From: an uncultured Eubacteriales bacterium
Lineage (GTDB): Bacteria; Bacillota; Clostridia; HGM11514
Direction of reading: 5' to 3'
Assembly: GCA_902492655.1 (NCBI GenBank)
Contig: CABUMF010000004.1
Location: 17,813-81,812 of the forward strand
DNA length: 64,000 nucleotides
Shown: piece after piece, positions 37,968 to 47,676 of the stretch
Numbering within the stretch: position 1 is the stretch's first letter
Layout: every line of letters begins with the position of its first letter
Position numbers and translations under genes: made by a program
The notes under the pieces: generated by a model
Told to the model about the DNA's origin: nothing
Database searches by the model: none
What the model saw: the letters and a program-made list of their open reading frames with translations, nothing else

Positions 37968-38072
37968 CCCTTTCTTGTATTCATTATAAGTTTATGCATT
38001 CATTGCTTATTATGGTATCACAAATTTTTCCAGTAGTCAATAGGTTTATTTAAACAACGCAATTTTTTTCGG

Positions 38073-38101
38073 TTGACTTGAATAAGTTTTTGTATTATAA
38101 T
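38073..38101 (+). promoter_or_regulatory. Sigma-A type promoter (TTGACT-17-TATAAT) for rarA
   Basis: TTGACT at 38073-38078, 17-nt spacer, TATAAT at 38096-38101, then AGGTGA RBS and ATG at 38119. Confidence 0.5.
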
Positions 38102-38118
38102 GAAATCAGGTGATAAAT

Positions 38119-39381
38119 ATGGACAATAAAATGCGTCCCTTGGCTGACAGAATGAGGCCTACCGAGCTTTCTGAGATTGTCGGTCAAAAGCACATACTCG
38201 GCGAAGGAAAAATACTTAACAGAATCGCAAAGAGCAAAAATATACCGAATATGATTTTTTACGGCCCTGCGGGCACCGGAAAAACGACCGTAGCCAACAT
38301 CATGGCAAGGATTTCGGACAAAAAATTCTACAAGCTTAACGCAACGAATGCCTCGGTTTCGGATATAAAATCCATTGTGTCGGACATCGGGAGTTTTGAC
38401 GCTCAGGGCGGTATTCTTTTGTATCTTGACGAAATTCAGAACTTTAACAAAAAGCAACAGCAATCCCTTCTTGAATTCGTTGAAAACGGTGATATAACAC
38501 TGATTTCAAGCACCACCGAAAATCCGTACTTTTATGTTTTCGGAGCAATACTCAGCAGATGCAGTATATTTGAATTCAAAAGAGTTGAGCCGGAGGATAT
38601 TGAAGAAGCCGTTTACCGCGCCGTTGATGTCCTGAGAGGCGACTATCCCGAAAAGGATATTTCAATACAAAAGGATGCGGCTGTTCATATTTCCAACTCT
38701 TGCGGAGGCGATGTGCGCCGCGCAATTACTTCGGTTGAACTTAGCGTACTCAGTCTTCTGTCTGAGGACAAAATTGATATAAGCCTTGAAACAGCCGTTG
38801 AGGCAACAGGCAAAAAAGCACTTAATTATGACCGTGACGGCGACAACCATTACGATATATTAAGTGCTTTGCAAAAATCCGTAAGAGGAAGTGACATTAA
38901 TGCGGCGCTTCACTATGCCGCAAGGCTTATAGAAGCAGGCGATTTGCAATCCCTTTGCAGAAGAATTATGGTTATGGCGTCAGAGGATGTGGGACTTGCG
39001 TATCCTCAGGCTGTGAGCATAACAAAATCCTGCATTGATGCCGCACTCATGCTGGGGCTTCCCGAAGCTCGCCTCCCCATTGCCGAGGCTGTAATAATGC
39101 TTGCAGGCGCACCAAAGTCAAATTCCGTTATCTGTGCTATCGACAATGCCATAGCGGCTCTTCCGATGGGAGGGGCAATCCCCGACCATCTACGTGATTC
39201 TCACTACGGCGGTGCAAAAAAGCTCGGGCACGGACAGACCTATAAGTATCCCCATGACTACCCTAACAACTATGTAGAACAGCAGTATCTCCCCGACAGC
39301 ATAAAAGATGTAAAGTTTTATACTCCGGGAAACAACAAATTTGAACAAGGCATTAAAGAATATTGGGACAAAATAAAATAA
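38119..39381 (+). CDS. rarA: Replication-associated recombination protein A (AAA+ ATPase RarA/MgsA)
   Basis: Walker A GPAGTGKTT, Walker B LYLDEIQNFNK, MgsA C-terminal domains. Confidence 0.9.
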   Translation: MDNKMRPLADRMRPTELSEIVGQKHILGEGKILNRIAKSKNIPNMIFYGPAGTGKTTVANIMARISDKKFYKLNATNASVSDIKSIVSDIGSFDAQGGILLYLDEIQNFNKKQQQSLLEFVENGDITLISSTTENPYFYVFGAILSRCSIFEFKRVEPEDIEEAVYRAVDVLRGDYPEKDISIQKDAAVHISNSCGGDVRRAITSVELSVLSLLSEDKIDISLETAVEATGKKALNYDRDGDNHYDILSALQKSVRGSDINAALHYAARLIEAGDLQSLCRRIMVMASEDVGLAYPQAVSITKSCIDAALMLGLPEARLPIAEAVIMLAGAPKSNSVICAIDNAIAALPMGGAIPDHLRDSHYGGAKKLGHGQTYKYPHDYPNNYVEQQYLPDSIKDVKFYTPGNNKFEQGIKEYWDKIK

Positions 39382-39407
39382 AGGCAGCTAATTAAGCCGC
39401 CTTTATT

Positions 39408-40082
39408 CTATTTTGTAAGCTCGTCATTGGGGTTAACATATTCTCCGTCATATTTCATTTCAAAATGGATATGTCCGTCCTCTTCAATCTCAGCTTTTGC
39501 CGTGCTTCCGGCATAGCCTACAAGCTCACCTTCCGAAACCGTCTGCCCCGGTGCAACGGTTATATCTCCTTCAAGGTTTGAATATATGGTTTCACATCCT
39601 CCGGTATGCCCGATTACAACCGTATAGCCGTACAGAGAATCAAAATATACATCCTTGACAACCCCTGCCGCCGATGCCTTAACTTCCTCGCCTTCAGCCG
39701 CCGCAAGGTCAATTCCCGTGTGCGCACGCCAATCGTCAAGCGTTTTTGAATAGCTCGGTTTTTCGGAGTAATCCTTTGTAATCGTTCCCGGAACAGGATA
39801 GATGTACTTTTCCGGTTTTGACGGAACAAAAACGTCCTCAGTCGGCTCCTCCGCAGGAGCTTCTTCGGGTACTTCGGTTATATCGGGTTGCGTTTCTTCC
39901 GTTTTTTCCTCTATGCTCGAAAGCTTAGGTACTTTGATTTTAGGCTGCTCCGTAACAAGACTTTCGGAAACCTCGTCCTTTAAATCACTGCGCTGCCCCG
40001 AAAATCCGAGCCCCACAAAAAATACAATTGCAAAGCAGGCAATAACGCCTATAAAAAATTTAAGCTTGTTATTCTTATCCAT
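39408..40082 (-). CDS. M23-family peptidase with N-terminal membrane anchor
   Basis: HTGIDLAA...GHTGG...HIHFEM zinc-binding motifs of LytM/M23. Start at 40082 (GGAGGTG 6 nt upstream). Confidence 0.85.
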   Translation of the reverse strand: MDKNNKLKFFIGVIACFAIVFFVGLGFSGQRSDLKDEVSESLVTEQPKIKVPKLSSIEEKTEETQPDITEVPEEAPAEEPTEDVFVPSKPEKYIYPVPGTITKDYSEKPSYSKTLDDWRAHTGIDLAAAEGEEVKASAAGVVKDVYFDSLYGYTVVIGHTGGCETIYSNLEGDITVAPGQTVSEGELVGYAGSTAKAEIEEDGHIHFEMKYDGEYVNPNDELTK

Positions 40083-40164
40083 AAATAACACCTCCAAAGC
40101 TATTATTTACCGAAAGCAAAGATTTTTATACAGCTAAAATTTCTTGATATTTTTGAAAAAACAC

Positions 40165-40193
40165 TTGATTTTTTAATCATAATGTAGTATAAT
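40165..40193 (+). promoter_or_regulatory. Sigma-A type promoter (TTGATT-17-TATAAT) for tRNA-Leu
   Basis: TTGATT at 40165-40170, 17-nt spacer, TATAAT at 40188-40193, ~19 nt upstream of the tRNA 5' end. Confidence 0.55.
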
Positions 40194-40212
40194 ATTTGTT
40201 GCGGTTTGATAT

Positions 40213-40296
40213 GCAGGTATGGCGGAATTGGCAGACGCGCATGGTTCAGGTCCATGTGAAAGCAATTTCATGCAGGTTCAAGTCCTGTTACCTGCA
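40213..40296 (+). tRNA. tRNA-Leu (anticodon CAG)
   Basis: Cloverleaf: acceptor GCAGGTA/TACCTGC, D-arm TGGCGGAATTGGCAGACGCGC (matches bacterial tRNA-Leu), anticodon stem CATGG/CCATG with loop TTCAGGT (anticodon CAG), long variable arm, T-arm GCAGG-TTCAAGT-CCTGT, discriminator A. CCA is not encoded. Confidence 0.9.
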
Positions 40297-40302
40297 CTGC
40301 AA

Positions 40303-40337
40303 AATGGTCTTAACAATTAGTTAAGGCCATTGTTTTT
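40303..40337 (+). terminator. Rho-independent terminator after tRNA-Leu
   Basis: AATGGTCTTAAC-AATTAG-TTAAGGCCATT hairpin followed by GTTTTTT. Confidence 0.65.
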
Positions 40338-40358
40338 TACATAAGCCGGGAGGAAATT

Positions 40359-41084
40359 ATGATAGGATTGGGAACAATTATAAACAGTGTAAGCATAATA
40401 ATCGGAGGTTTGGCAGGCACATTTGCCGGAAAGCTTTTTCGGGAAAAGGAGCAGGATGCTTTAACCAAGACCTGCGGAATAAGCGTTCTTTTTATAGCAA
40501 TAGCGGGTGCAATGCAGGGAATGCTTAAAATAGAAGGAAATTCCGTTTTTTCGCAAAAGTCCATGCTTGTCGTACTGTGCCTTACATTAGGAACCGTCAT
40601 AGGTGAGCTGATTGGAATTGAAAAAGGATTTGAAGTATTTGGCGAATGGCTTAAAAAGAAAACCGGAAACAGCGGCGATGCAGAATTTGTAAATGCCTTT
40701 GTCACGGCATCGCTGACCGTATGCATAGGTGCAATGGCTATCGTAGGCGCAATACAGGACGGATTATCAGGTGATTATTCCACTCTTGCGGTAAAATCCG
40801 TTCTTGACTTTATAATTATCGTGGTGATGACATCATCAATGGGAAAGGGCTGCATATTCTCGGCAATTCCTGTATTTGTGTTTGAAGGAGCAATCACGCT
40901 CCTTGCAAAATTCGTTTCACCCGTGATGACATTCCTTGCGACTGCTTACCTTTCTCTTATCGGCTCAATACTGATTTTCTGCGTGGGCGTCAACTTGATT
41001 TGGGGCAAAAAAATCCGAGTGGCAAATATGCTTCCCGGGGTTTTGCTTGCGATATTGGCTGCATACCTGCCCTTCGGATTCTGA
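40359..41084 (+). CDS. DUF554-family membrane protein
   Basis: MIGLGTIINSVSIIIGGLAGTFAGKLF... multi-TM protein typical of DUF554. Confidence 0.6.
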   Translation: MIGLGTIINSVSIIIGGLAGTFAGKLFREKEQDALTKTCGISVLFIAIAGAMQGMLKIEGNSVFSQKSMLVVLCLTLGTVIGELIGIEKGFEVFGEWLKKKTGNSGDAEFVNAFVTASLTVCIGAMAIVGAIQDGLSGDYSTLAVKSVLDFIIIVVMTSSMGKGCIFSAIPVFVFEGAITLLAKFVSPVMTFLATAYLSLIGSILIFCVGVNLIWGKKIRVANMLPGVLLAILAAYLPFGF

Positions 41085-41097
41085 TTATATAAAATAT

Positions 41098-41137
41098 CGG
41101 CGACGGTAAATTTCGCTTTACCGCCGCCTGTTTTTTT
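41098..41137 (+). terminator. Rho-independent terminator
   Basis: CGGCGACGGTAAA-TTTCGC-TTTACCGCCGCC hairpin followed by TGTTTTTTT. Confidence 0.65.
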
Positions 41138-41142
41138 GCTTG

Positions 41143-43068
41143 TTATTTATTAAAGAACCAAACAGCCATACGGCTTTCTTCACTCCAGGTTTTGCCTGCG
41201 GAAGCATAGTCCGTAACCGTAAAATAACCTCCGTCATTTTGCGGAATTCTGAGCTCCTCTATGTGCTTATACGGTGCAATGTCCTTTTCCGGGAACACTG
41301 CGTCCACAAAGCCGTCGTCATTTATTTTCACATCGAATATTCCGTCAACCGACTTTCCGAGCCTGTTTTCAACCGCAAGCATTACAGGACCCCGTCTGAG
41401 CGAAATTCTGCGGTAAGCATCCGGATCTTCCTTATCGAATGCAGGAACCATGTAATTACGCCCCCACACAACCTTGTTCATTAAAACCTCGGAACCGTAA
41501 TGCACAGGATAAATAGCCTCAGTTCTCATATCAAACTCAAGAATAATTCTGTCATTATCGCACCAAGTTCTTTCGAGCCTTATGTATTTACCCGCTCCCA
41601 ATCCGTCAATGCTTTCTCCGTTTACAAAAACCTTTGTGCACTTGCTCCATTCGGGATTTCTCAAATAAAGCGCAAATTTCCCGCCGTTTGTATTTGAAAG
41701 GGTTATATTAACAGTTTTATCTTTCGGATATTCCGTTTCGGTTTTAAATACCATACCGTCCGTTTCTTTTGTTCCGTCAATATAAAAGTTGACAACATAG
41801 CCGTCCTGCGCTTTTACGATGTTATACATTGACAGCATCGCAATACCGGCGGCACCTATACACGCACAACAGCCGTAATAATGATTATCGTGCATAACCC
41901 TAAAACCGCCTATGCTGATACCCCTCGTTGACGGAGTGAGAGGACTGTATGAATCAAACGGAAGCGGCTCGTGAATAACATCCGGAGAAATCTCAAAATG
42001 AGTTCTCGGGATTTTCTTCTCGTTATTCACAGCACCCAAATATGCGTTGTAAAAAGAACGCTCAAATGCATCCATATATTTACTGTCGCCGGTCAGAAGA
42101 TTGAGCTTTGCAAAAAACTTCATAAGCGTAACGGTTACGCAGGTTTCCTGCATATGCATACCCACATTGGCACTCGCCTGACGAGCCGTAGAATGATCAA
42201 AGAGCTCATGTGTACAGCCGCTGCAACCTATAACCGTGAAATCGTTTTCAAGGATTTGATCGGCAAAATTAATAACAGCCGTCTTGTATTTTTCTTCCCC
42301 TGTAATTCTGTAATATTCCAAAAGTCCCTCAAAGCACGAAGTCATTTCATAAGCCTTCGTTACCGGATACTGGTACGGATGAAGCTCGTTTTCATACGCA
42401 AGTGTAAAAATATTCTCAACAGAGCTTCCGCCGCAATCGACTATGTATTTGGCAAAATCGAAGTATTTTTGGTTTTTGGTCAGATTATAAAGCCTTACAA
42501 CAGGCTCTAAAATAGAGGAGGAATTAACACCTCTCCAGTGGTTTGTGGCATCGTTTATTTCCTTTTTGCCTTCACCGATGTGCTCCATTATATCATCAAC
42601 CATGGTCGACATAAATTTTACCATTTTGTCAATAAGCTCATCGTCTTTGCAAATCTCGATAAAATACTGCATTCCCAAAAGAACATATTTTCTTGACCAC
42701 ATATCCCAGCCGGTGTATCTTCTGGTATTGTATGTGGAAACAACGCCGTCTGCATCGCCCACCGTCAGCATATCATAAACCGTGGTTTCAAGGGCGCTGT
42801 ACAAATCTTCATTTTTTGTACAACTGTACAAAAAGCTTCCGCCGCGCATCATTTTGCCCCAATACTCGCCTCTCCAACCAAAATCGGCGTCATCGGTACG
42901 AAATCTGTACTGATCGACGAATCTTTTCCAAATCACATTGTCCTTCAAATCGAAGTTTTCTATAAAGTCAATGTATTCCTGAATAAAACCCGTGTATTTA
43001 CTTTCATTTTCCGAAAAAACAAAGGTATCGGTAGAAAAATCAGGATAGTTAACCTTTCTTAAATCCAT
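41143..43068 (-). CDS. Glycoside hydrolase family 127/146-like (beta-L-arabinofuranosidase HypBA1-like, DUF1680)
   Basis: 641 aa with adjacent-Cys zinc/catalytic motif HYYGCCACIGAAG and (alpha/alpha)6-barrel-like N-terminal region. Confidence 0.6.
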   Translation of the reverse strand: MDLRKVNYPDFSTDTFVFSENESKYTGFIQEYIDFIENFDLKDNVIWKRFVDQYRFRTDDADFGWRGEYWGKMMRGGSFLYSCTKNEDLYSALETTVYDMLTVGDADGVVSTYNTRRYTGWDMWSRKYVLLGMQYFIEICKDDELIDKMVKFMSTMVDDIMEHIGEGKKEINDATNHWRGVNSSSILEPVVRLYNLTKNQKYFDFAKYIVDCGGSSVENIFTLAYENELHPYQYPVTKAYEMTSCFEGLLEYYRITGEEKYKTAVINFADQILENDFTVIGCSGCTHELFDHSTARQASANVGMHMQETCVTVTLMKFFAKLNLLTGDSKYMDAFERSFYNAYLGAVNNEKKIPRTHFEISPDVIHEPLPFDSYSPLTPSTRGISIGGFRVMHDNHYYGCCACIGAAGIAMLSMYNIVKAQDGYVVNFYIDGTKETDGMVFKTETEYPKDKTVNITLSNTNGGKFALYLRNPEWSKCTKVFVNGESIDGLGAGKYIRLERTWCDNDRIILEFDMRTEAIYPVHYGSEVLMNKVVWGRNYMVPAFDKEDPDAYRRISLRRGPVMLAVENRLGKSVDGIFDVKINDDGFVDAVFPEKDIAPYKHIEELRIPQNDGGYFTVTDYASAGKTWSEESRMAVWFFNK

Positions 43069-43078
43069 AAATAGTTCC

Positions 43079-43915
43079 TCATTTCTTTTTGTATTTGCCC
43101 GGAGAACATCCGACTGCTTTTGTAAATGTCCTTATAAAATTTGAATAGTCGTGAAATCCGCACAAAAACGCAGTTTCCGACACGCTTTTTCCGTTTTTTA
43201 AATACATTTTTGCTTGCGAAATCCTCTTGCCGACAATATACTTCATAACGGTTGTACCGAGCGATTGCTTAAAAACCCTGCATAGACCGTTAACGGACAT
43301 ATAGGTATTTTTTGCAATCGTGTCAAGCGTCAGCTCGTCCGCCAAATGCTGATTAATATAAGTTATTGCCCCGGCAAGCCTGTTTCCGACTATCGCCGAA
43401 GCGGGGTGATTGTTAAGGAAAAATCTGTTTACAAGCACCAAAATACGCATCATATAAGCGTTCATCATAACATCCTCGCCGTATCCGTCGCAGTCATTTA
43501 TGCTGCTCAGCAGTTTAACAAGGATTTCCGCTTCATCGTCGCTCAGAGAAATACGGTTTGACTCATTGTTGCCTCTCGAATAAAAGCAAGCGGAAAGGTC
43601 GGTTTCGCTCGTTGAATTGGAAAAAATATACTCGGGATGAAGCTGAACCGTATATCTTTCAACATCGCCCATAAGCGTGATCTTATGAGCCTCAAATTGA
43701 TTGATTACAAATAAGTCATTGTTTTCGACCTTATATATTTTATCGTCAATCAAGAAATTGTTTCCGCCTCTGAGGCAAAACAAAAGCTCACAACATTCAT
43801 GAGTGTGAATATTGAGATTAGGATTATTTTCAGTAGAGTGATAAATCCCGAAAGACCTGCTGTCCAATGCGAATTTAACCGCATCTGAGCATTTTTCAAA
43901 AAACACATTCATCAA
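43079..43915 (-). CDS. AraC-family transcriptional regulator
   Basis: N-terminal cupin-like sensing domain plus C-terminal double HTH (…FLCGFHDYSNFIRTFTKAVGCSPGKYKK). Confidence 0.85.
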   Translation of the reverse strand: MMNVFFEKCSDAVKFALDSRSFGIYHSTENNPNLNIHTHECCELLFCLRGGNNFLIDDKIYKVENNDLFVINQFEAHKITLMGDVERYTVQLHPEYIFSNSTSETDLSACFYSRGNNESNRISLSDDEAEILVKLLSSINDCDGYGEDVMMNAYMMRILVLVNRFFLNNHPASAIVGNRLAGAITYINQHLADELTLDTIAKNTYMSVNGLCRVFKQSLGTTVMKYIVGKRISQAKMYLKNGKSVSETAFLCGFHDYSNFIRTFTKAVGCSPGKYKKK

Positions 43916-43940
43916 TAGTGAGCTCCTGCCAATATTTATA

Positions 43941-44798
43941 TTATTTATTCAGCTTTCTTAAATACTCACTGATATGTTCGATTTTTTCATCAATTTCATC
44001 GACCTGAATACGAAGCTTGTCAAGCTCTTTGAAATTGCCGTCAGCCTTCTGAATACTTGACTGCATAGATTTTACTGCAAGACGAAGATTGAAAATATCG
44101 TCATCATCTATGTTGTTCACAGCTTTTTCGTTGGTTTTTGCGGTAGCCTGCCTGAGCGCAAAAGTACCTGCCGCAAACACGATTATGCTGACAATAAGCG
44201 AAATAAGAATTACAACGCCTGTGGAAGTTCCCGAATTTGAAGAATCGTCCGCTTCGCTGTTTTCGGCACTTTCAGAATTATTTTTTTCGGGGAGAACATC
44301 TTTTTCGCTTGTTTTATCTGTGCCTTCAGTTGTTGCGGGCTTTTTCGTGAGCTTGGATTTGGTATCGTTGATTACAAGCATAAACTCATCGGCATCATCG
44401 TCCTCATAATCATTGCCGATGCCTGACTCCGGACCGTATCCCGGAGTAACATTTTGATTAATGTCCTCCTGCGTAAGCTTTGCGGTACCGCCGTTTACAT
44501 ATATATCACCGATGACGGTAACAATCTTTGTAAGCTGATTCTTATTATCCTGAAAATCCGGATCCTGCTCATAGAGATATTCAAACTTACCCGACTCAAA
44601 AGAAATATCATCCCGAATACCGGTTGAAATGTATTTCTTAAAATCATCCTTACTTGCGGAATTAACATATTCAACCGCAATATCACAAATTGCCTGAACA
44701 TCATTAACCTGAGATTCATAAGCCGCATTGCAAACCTCAATCGAGGATAACACAAAAACGGACAGCAACACCATACTTATTATTCTTTTAATTTTCAT
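43941..44798 (-). CDS. Hypothetical secreted/membrane-anchored protein
   Basis: Signal peptide (KIKRIISMVLLSVFVLSSIEVCNA), acidic low-complexity middle, C-terminal TM helix and coiled-coil tail. Confidence 0.5.
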   Translation of the reverse strand: MKIKRIISMVLLSVFVLSSIEVCNAAYESQVNDVQAICDIAVEYVNSASKDDFKKYISTGIRDDISFESGKFEYLYEQDPDFQDNKNQLTKIVTVIGDIYVNGGTAKLTQEDINQNVTPGYGPESGIGNDYEDDDADEFMLVINDTKSKLTKKPATTEGTDKTSEKDVLPEKNNSESAENSEADDSSNSGTSTGVVILISLIVSIIVFAAGTFALRQATAKTNEKAVNNIDDDDIFNLRLAVKSMQSSIQKADGNFKELDKLRIQVDEIDEKIEHISEYLRKLNK

Positions 44799-44844
44799 GT
44801 GTACCACTCCTTAAAATTATATTTAAATTTTATCACGGTATGGG

Positions 44845-46005
44845 CTAATTGTCAAGCATAGTTTTAACAAAATCCAAAAGTTTGGATTTGTTGTTCTCCA
44901 GACATCCGTCAATTACGGCATCGAGCACAGAATTTAAAACCCTGCCGACATCCGGCCCCGAAAGCCCCAATTTTTTCATATCATCGCCGTTTATATCAAG
45001 CTGCTTTACGGTACAGCAATCATTCTTAACAGATATAAGCCGATTATTGAAATCAAAAACCCTGTCCTTATCCCAAACAGCCTTTATGACCTCCCCGAAA
45101 AGCTCGGCATTTTTTATTCCTATGTCACGGATAAGCCTTTTGACATCAGCATCGCAATTAAATTCACAAGTAAGCCTCGGGCAAACCTTTGCCGCAAAAT
45201 CGCAAGTTTTGTTATCGGCTCTGAGGCTGCGCATTACGGATTTTACATCTTTGCAATCTCTCAAAAGCACCGCATATCTGCAATCGGCACTCGTGCAAAC
45301 CGAATTAAGTCCCTCGGGATTTACTTTTTCGCCGATACAAATTTCAAACACTTCCGAATATTTTTTTATAACCGATTCCGCGCCGACACCACAAATAAGC
45401 TTAGTAAGCTCTGAAAAAATTCTTTCTTTTGAAATATTGACTAACAGCTCTTTATTGCGAAAAATGCTTTTAGAGGTGGCTTCTTCAATGCCAAACCCCA
45501 GCACCGAAGCAAATCGCAATGCGCGAAGTATCCTGAGTCCGTCCTCGTTAAATCTCAAGTCAGGCTCGCCGACACACCGAATTATCTTGTTTTCCGCATC
45601 TGCCCGACCCCCGAACAAATCCACAAGACCGCTATTTTCGCAGTATGCCATCGCATTAACCGTAAAATCCCGCCTTGCCAAATCCTCCGAAAGAAGTGGC
45701 GTAAAACGCACATTGTCGGGGTGTCTGTTATCCTTGTATTCCCCGTCAATCCTATATGTTGTTATTTCCACATTGTTTCCTTCGATAACAACCGTTACGG
45801 TGCCGTGCTTTAAGCCGGTTTCAATTATCCTGTATCCTTCAAAACAAGCGATAATTTCGGTGGGAAGCGCATTTGTTGTAAGGTCATAATCACCCGGGGT
45901 TCTCCCCATAACATAATCCCTTACGCAACCGCCTACCGCAAAGCACTCATGCCCGGCATTTTGAAGAATATTCATTGCTTCTTTAACAGAATTCGGTAAA
46001 ATCAT
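44845..46005 (-). CDS. cca: CCA-adding tRNA nucleotidyltransferase
   Basis: GGCVRDYVMGRTPGDYDLTT class II nucleotidyltransferase head motif plus RLLR and ERxxxE body motifs. Confidence 0.85.
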   Translation of the reverse strand: MILPNSVKEAMNILQNAGHECFAVGGCVRDYVMGRTPGDYDLTTNALPTEIIACFEGYRIIETGLKHGTVTVVIEGNNVEITTYRIDGEYKDNRHPDNVRFTPLLSEDLARRDFTVNAMAYCENSGLVDLFGGRADAENKIIRCVGEPDLRFNEDGLRILRALRFASVLGFGIEEATSKSIFRNKELLVNISKERIFSELTKLICGVGAESVIKKYSEVFEICIGEKVNPEGLNSVCTSADCRYAVLLRDCKDVKSVMRSLRADNKTCDFAAKVCPRLTCEFNCDADVKRLIRDIGIKNAELFGEVIKAVWDKDRVFDFNNRLISVKNDCCTVKQLDINGDDMKKLGLSGPDVGRVLNSVLDAVIDGCLENNKSKLLDFVKTMLDN

Positions 46006-46009
46006 AATA

Positions 46010-46918
46010 TCAATCCAAAAACTTTATTGTTTTGCACCTTCCGTCATATCCCATATGAGAATTTTCAAAAATAGCTCTGACTGCATCCTTATAATCATCG
46101 GGAGCCTGAAGAGAAGTAGAAAAGTGAGTTAGCCACAGCTCTCGTGAACCTGCGTCTGCGGCAATGTGCGCCGCATCCTGCATAAGCATATGAAATGTTT
46201 CATCGGCACGCTCTCTTTTATCGAGCTCTCCGAACATTCCCTCACATATGAAAAGATCCGTATCGGCGGCACACTTTATTGCACCGTCACAAACCTTTGT
46301 GTCGGTTACATATCCGACCGAAATTCCTCGCCTTTCGTCCCCCAGCACATCTGACGGATAATACTTTTTCCCTTGAAGTTCTACCGTTTCGCCCTTTTGA
46401 AGTCTGCCCCAAAGGATTTTCGGGAGCCCAAGGCTTTCCGCTCGCAAGGTATCAAATTTACCTCCTCTTTTAACATCAAGCCGATAACCGTAGCACGCAA
46501 TTCGGTGCTTTAATCGGTATGCCTTGATATTAAACAAACCGATTTCAAAGCTTTCCTGCTCGGCTTTAAGCTCTCGAAAATTTATCTCAAAGGGAAGCTC
46601 GGGAACAATCACCCGAAGGGAATTAACCACTCTGCCTATTCCGGCAGGGCCTACAATCGTAAGAGGCTCTTCCCTGCCTTCATTCCCCATGGTGAGCAAA
46701 AGCCCCGGAAGACCGCTTATATGGTCGGCATGAAAGTGCGTTATGCAAATAACATCAATAGGCTTAAACGTGAAGCCCGATTTTTTTATTGCAATCTGCG
46801 TGCCCTCGCCGCAGTCAATTAGCATACTGTGACCGTTAAGGCGAAGTATTGCCGATGTCAAATGTCGATTTTTAAGCGGCATGGTGCCGCCGCAGCCGCA
46901 AAGGCAAACATCAAGCAC
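46010..46918 (-). CDS. rnz: Ribonuclease Z (tRNA 3' endonuclease)
   Basis: MBL motif ITHFHADHISGLPGLL, N-terminal CGCGGTMP typical of RNase Z. 302 aa. Confidence 0.85.
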   Translation of the reverse strand: MLDVCLCGCGGTMPLKNRHLTSAILRLNGHSMLIDCGEGTQIAIKKSGFTFKPIDVICITHFHADHISGLPGLLLTMGNEGREEPLTIVGPAGIGRVVNSLRVIVPELPFEINFRELKAEQESFEIGLFNIKAYRLKHRIACYGYRLDVKRGGKFDTLRAESLGLPKILWGRLQKGETVELQGKKYYPSDVLGDERRGISVGYVTDTKVCDGAIKCAADTDLFICEGMFGELDKRERADETFHMLMQDAAHIAADAGSRELWLTHFSTSLQAPDDYKDAVRAIFENSHMGYDGRCKTIKFLD

Positions 46919-46936
46919 AAAGCAAGCCTCCCCCGT

Positions 46937-47674
46937 TTATTTCGTTATTCCCTTATATGTATTTTGCACTTCGTTATAGCTTTCAAGATTGCCTATATCG
47001 TATCGTTTTCCGGGCATTTCGAGCGTTGAAATACGCCTCTTTCCGCAAAGCCACGCAATGAAGCTTCCCGGCGCATCCTTGCCGCAACCGCTGTCAAGCC
47101 CAACCTTCACAAGCTTTATATCATTCTTTTTATAAATATAAAACGGAGGGCAAAGCCAGTTTGACTTCGGCTCCTGCGGTTTTTCCTCCATTGATGTAAT
47201 TATGCCGTCACCGTCAATCGACAAAACACCGCCCCTCTTAAGGCGTTCTTCGTCACTTTCATAATAACGCATAACCGATGTTGTACCGCTTTTTTTGAAA
47301 AAACCGATAAATCTCGAAAGAGAAAAATCAAGCACATTGTCCCCTGCAATAACCATTAAATCATCGGAAATACCGAGCTTATCTATTGCAAACCAAATAT
47401 CCGCCACCGCTCCGAGCCTCGTTTCGTTGGACTCCGTTCCGTCATCCAGCACCACGATGTTCTGAGGCTTTTCAGCAGCCCATTTATTGAAATTGTCCGC
47501 AAACTTGTGGTTTGACACAACTATGAACCTTGAAACCTCGCCTGAAGATGCAATATCATCCACAAGGTGGTCAAGTATCGTTTTTCCGCACACCTCCAAA
47601 AGAGGCTTGGGGGTATCCTTTGTAAGAGGATAAAGTCTTGTGGCATATCCTGCCGCCAAAATCAGACATTCCAT
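46937..47674 (-). CDS. Sugar-1-phosphate nucleotidyltransferase (NDP-sugar pyrophosphorylase, short RmlA/GlmU-N-like)
   Basis: LILAAGYATRLYPLTKDTPKPLL (G-x-G-x-R-L signature). Start MECLIL at 47674 with GAGGA 6 nt upstream, 2 nt after the kinase stop. Confidence 0.75.
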   Translation of the reverse strand: MECLILAAGYATRLYPLTKDTPKPLLEVCGKTILDHLVDDIASSGEVSRFIVVSNHKFADNFNKWAAEKPQNIVVLDDGTESNETRLGAVADIWFAIDKLGISDDLMVIAGDNVLDFSLSRFIGFFKKSGTTSVMRYYESDEERLKRGGVLSIDGDGIITSMEEKPQEPKSNWLCPPFYIYKKNDIKLVKVGLDSGCGKDAPGSFIAWLCGKRRISTLEMPGKRYDIGNLESYNEVQNTYKGITK

Positions 47675-47676
47675 AA

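Noticed and set aside
44849-45889. 346-aa plus-strand ORF
   Set aside because: It is entirely antisense to the well-supported cca gene. The translation is Ser/Leu/Thr-rich low complexity with no motif, a typical antisense shadow ORF.
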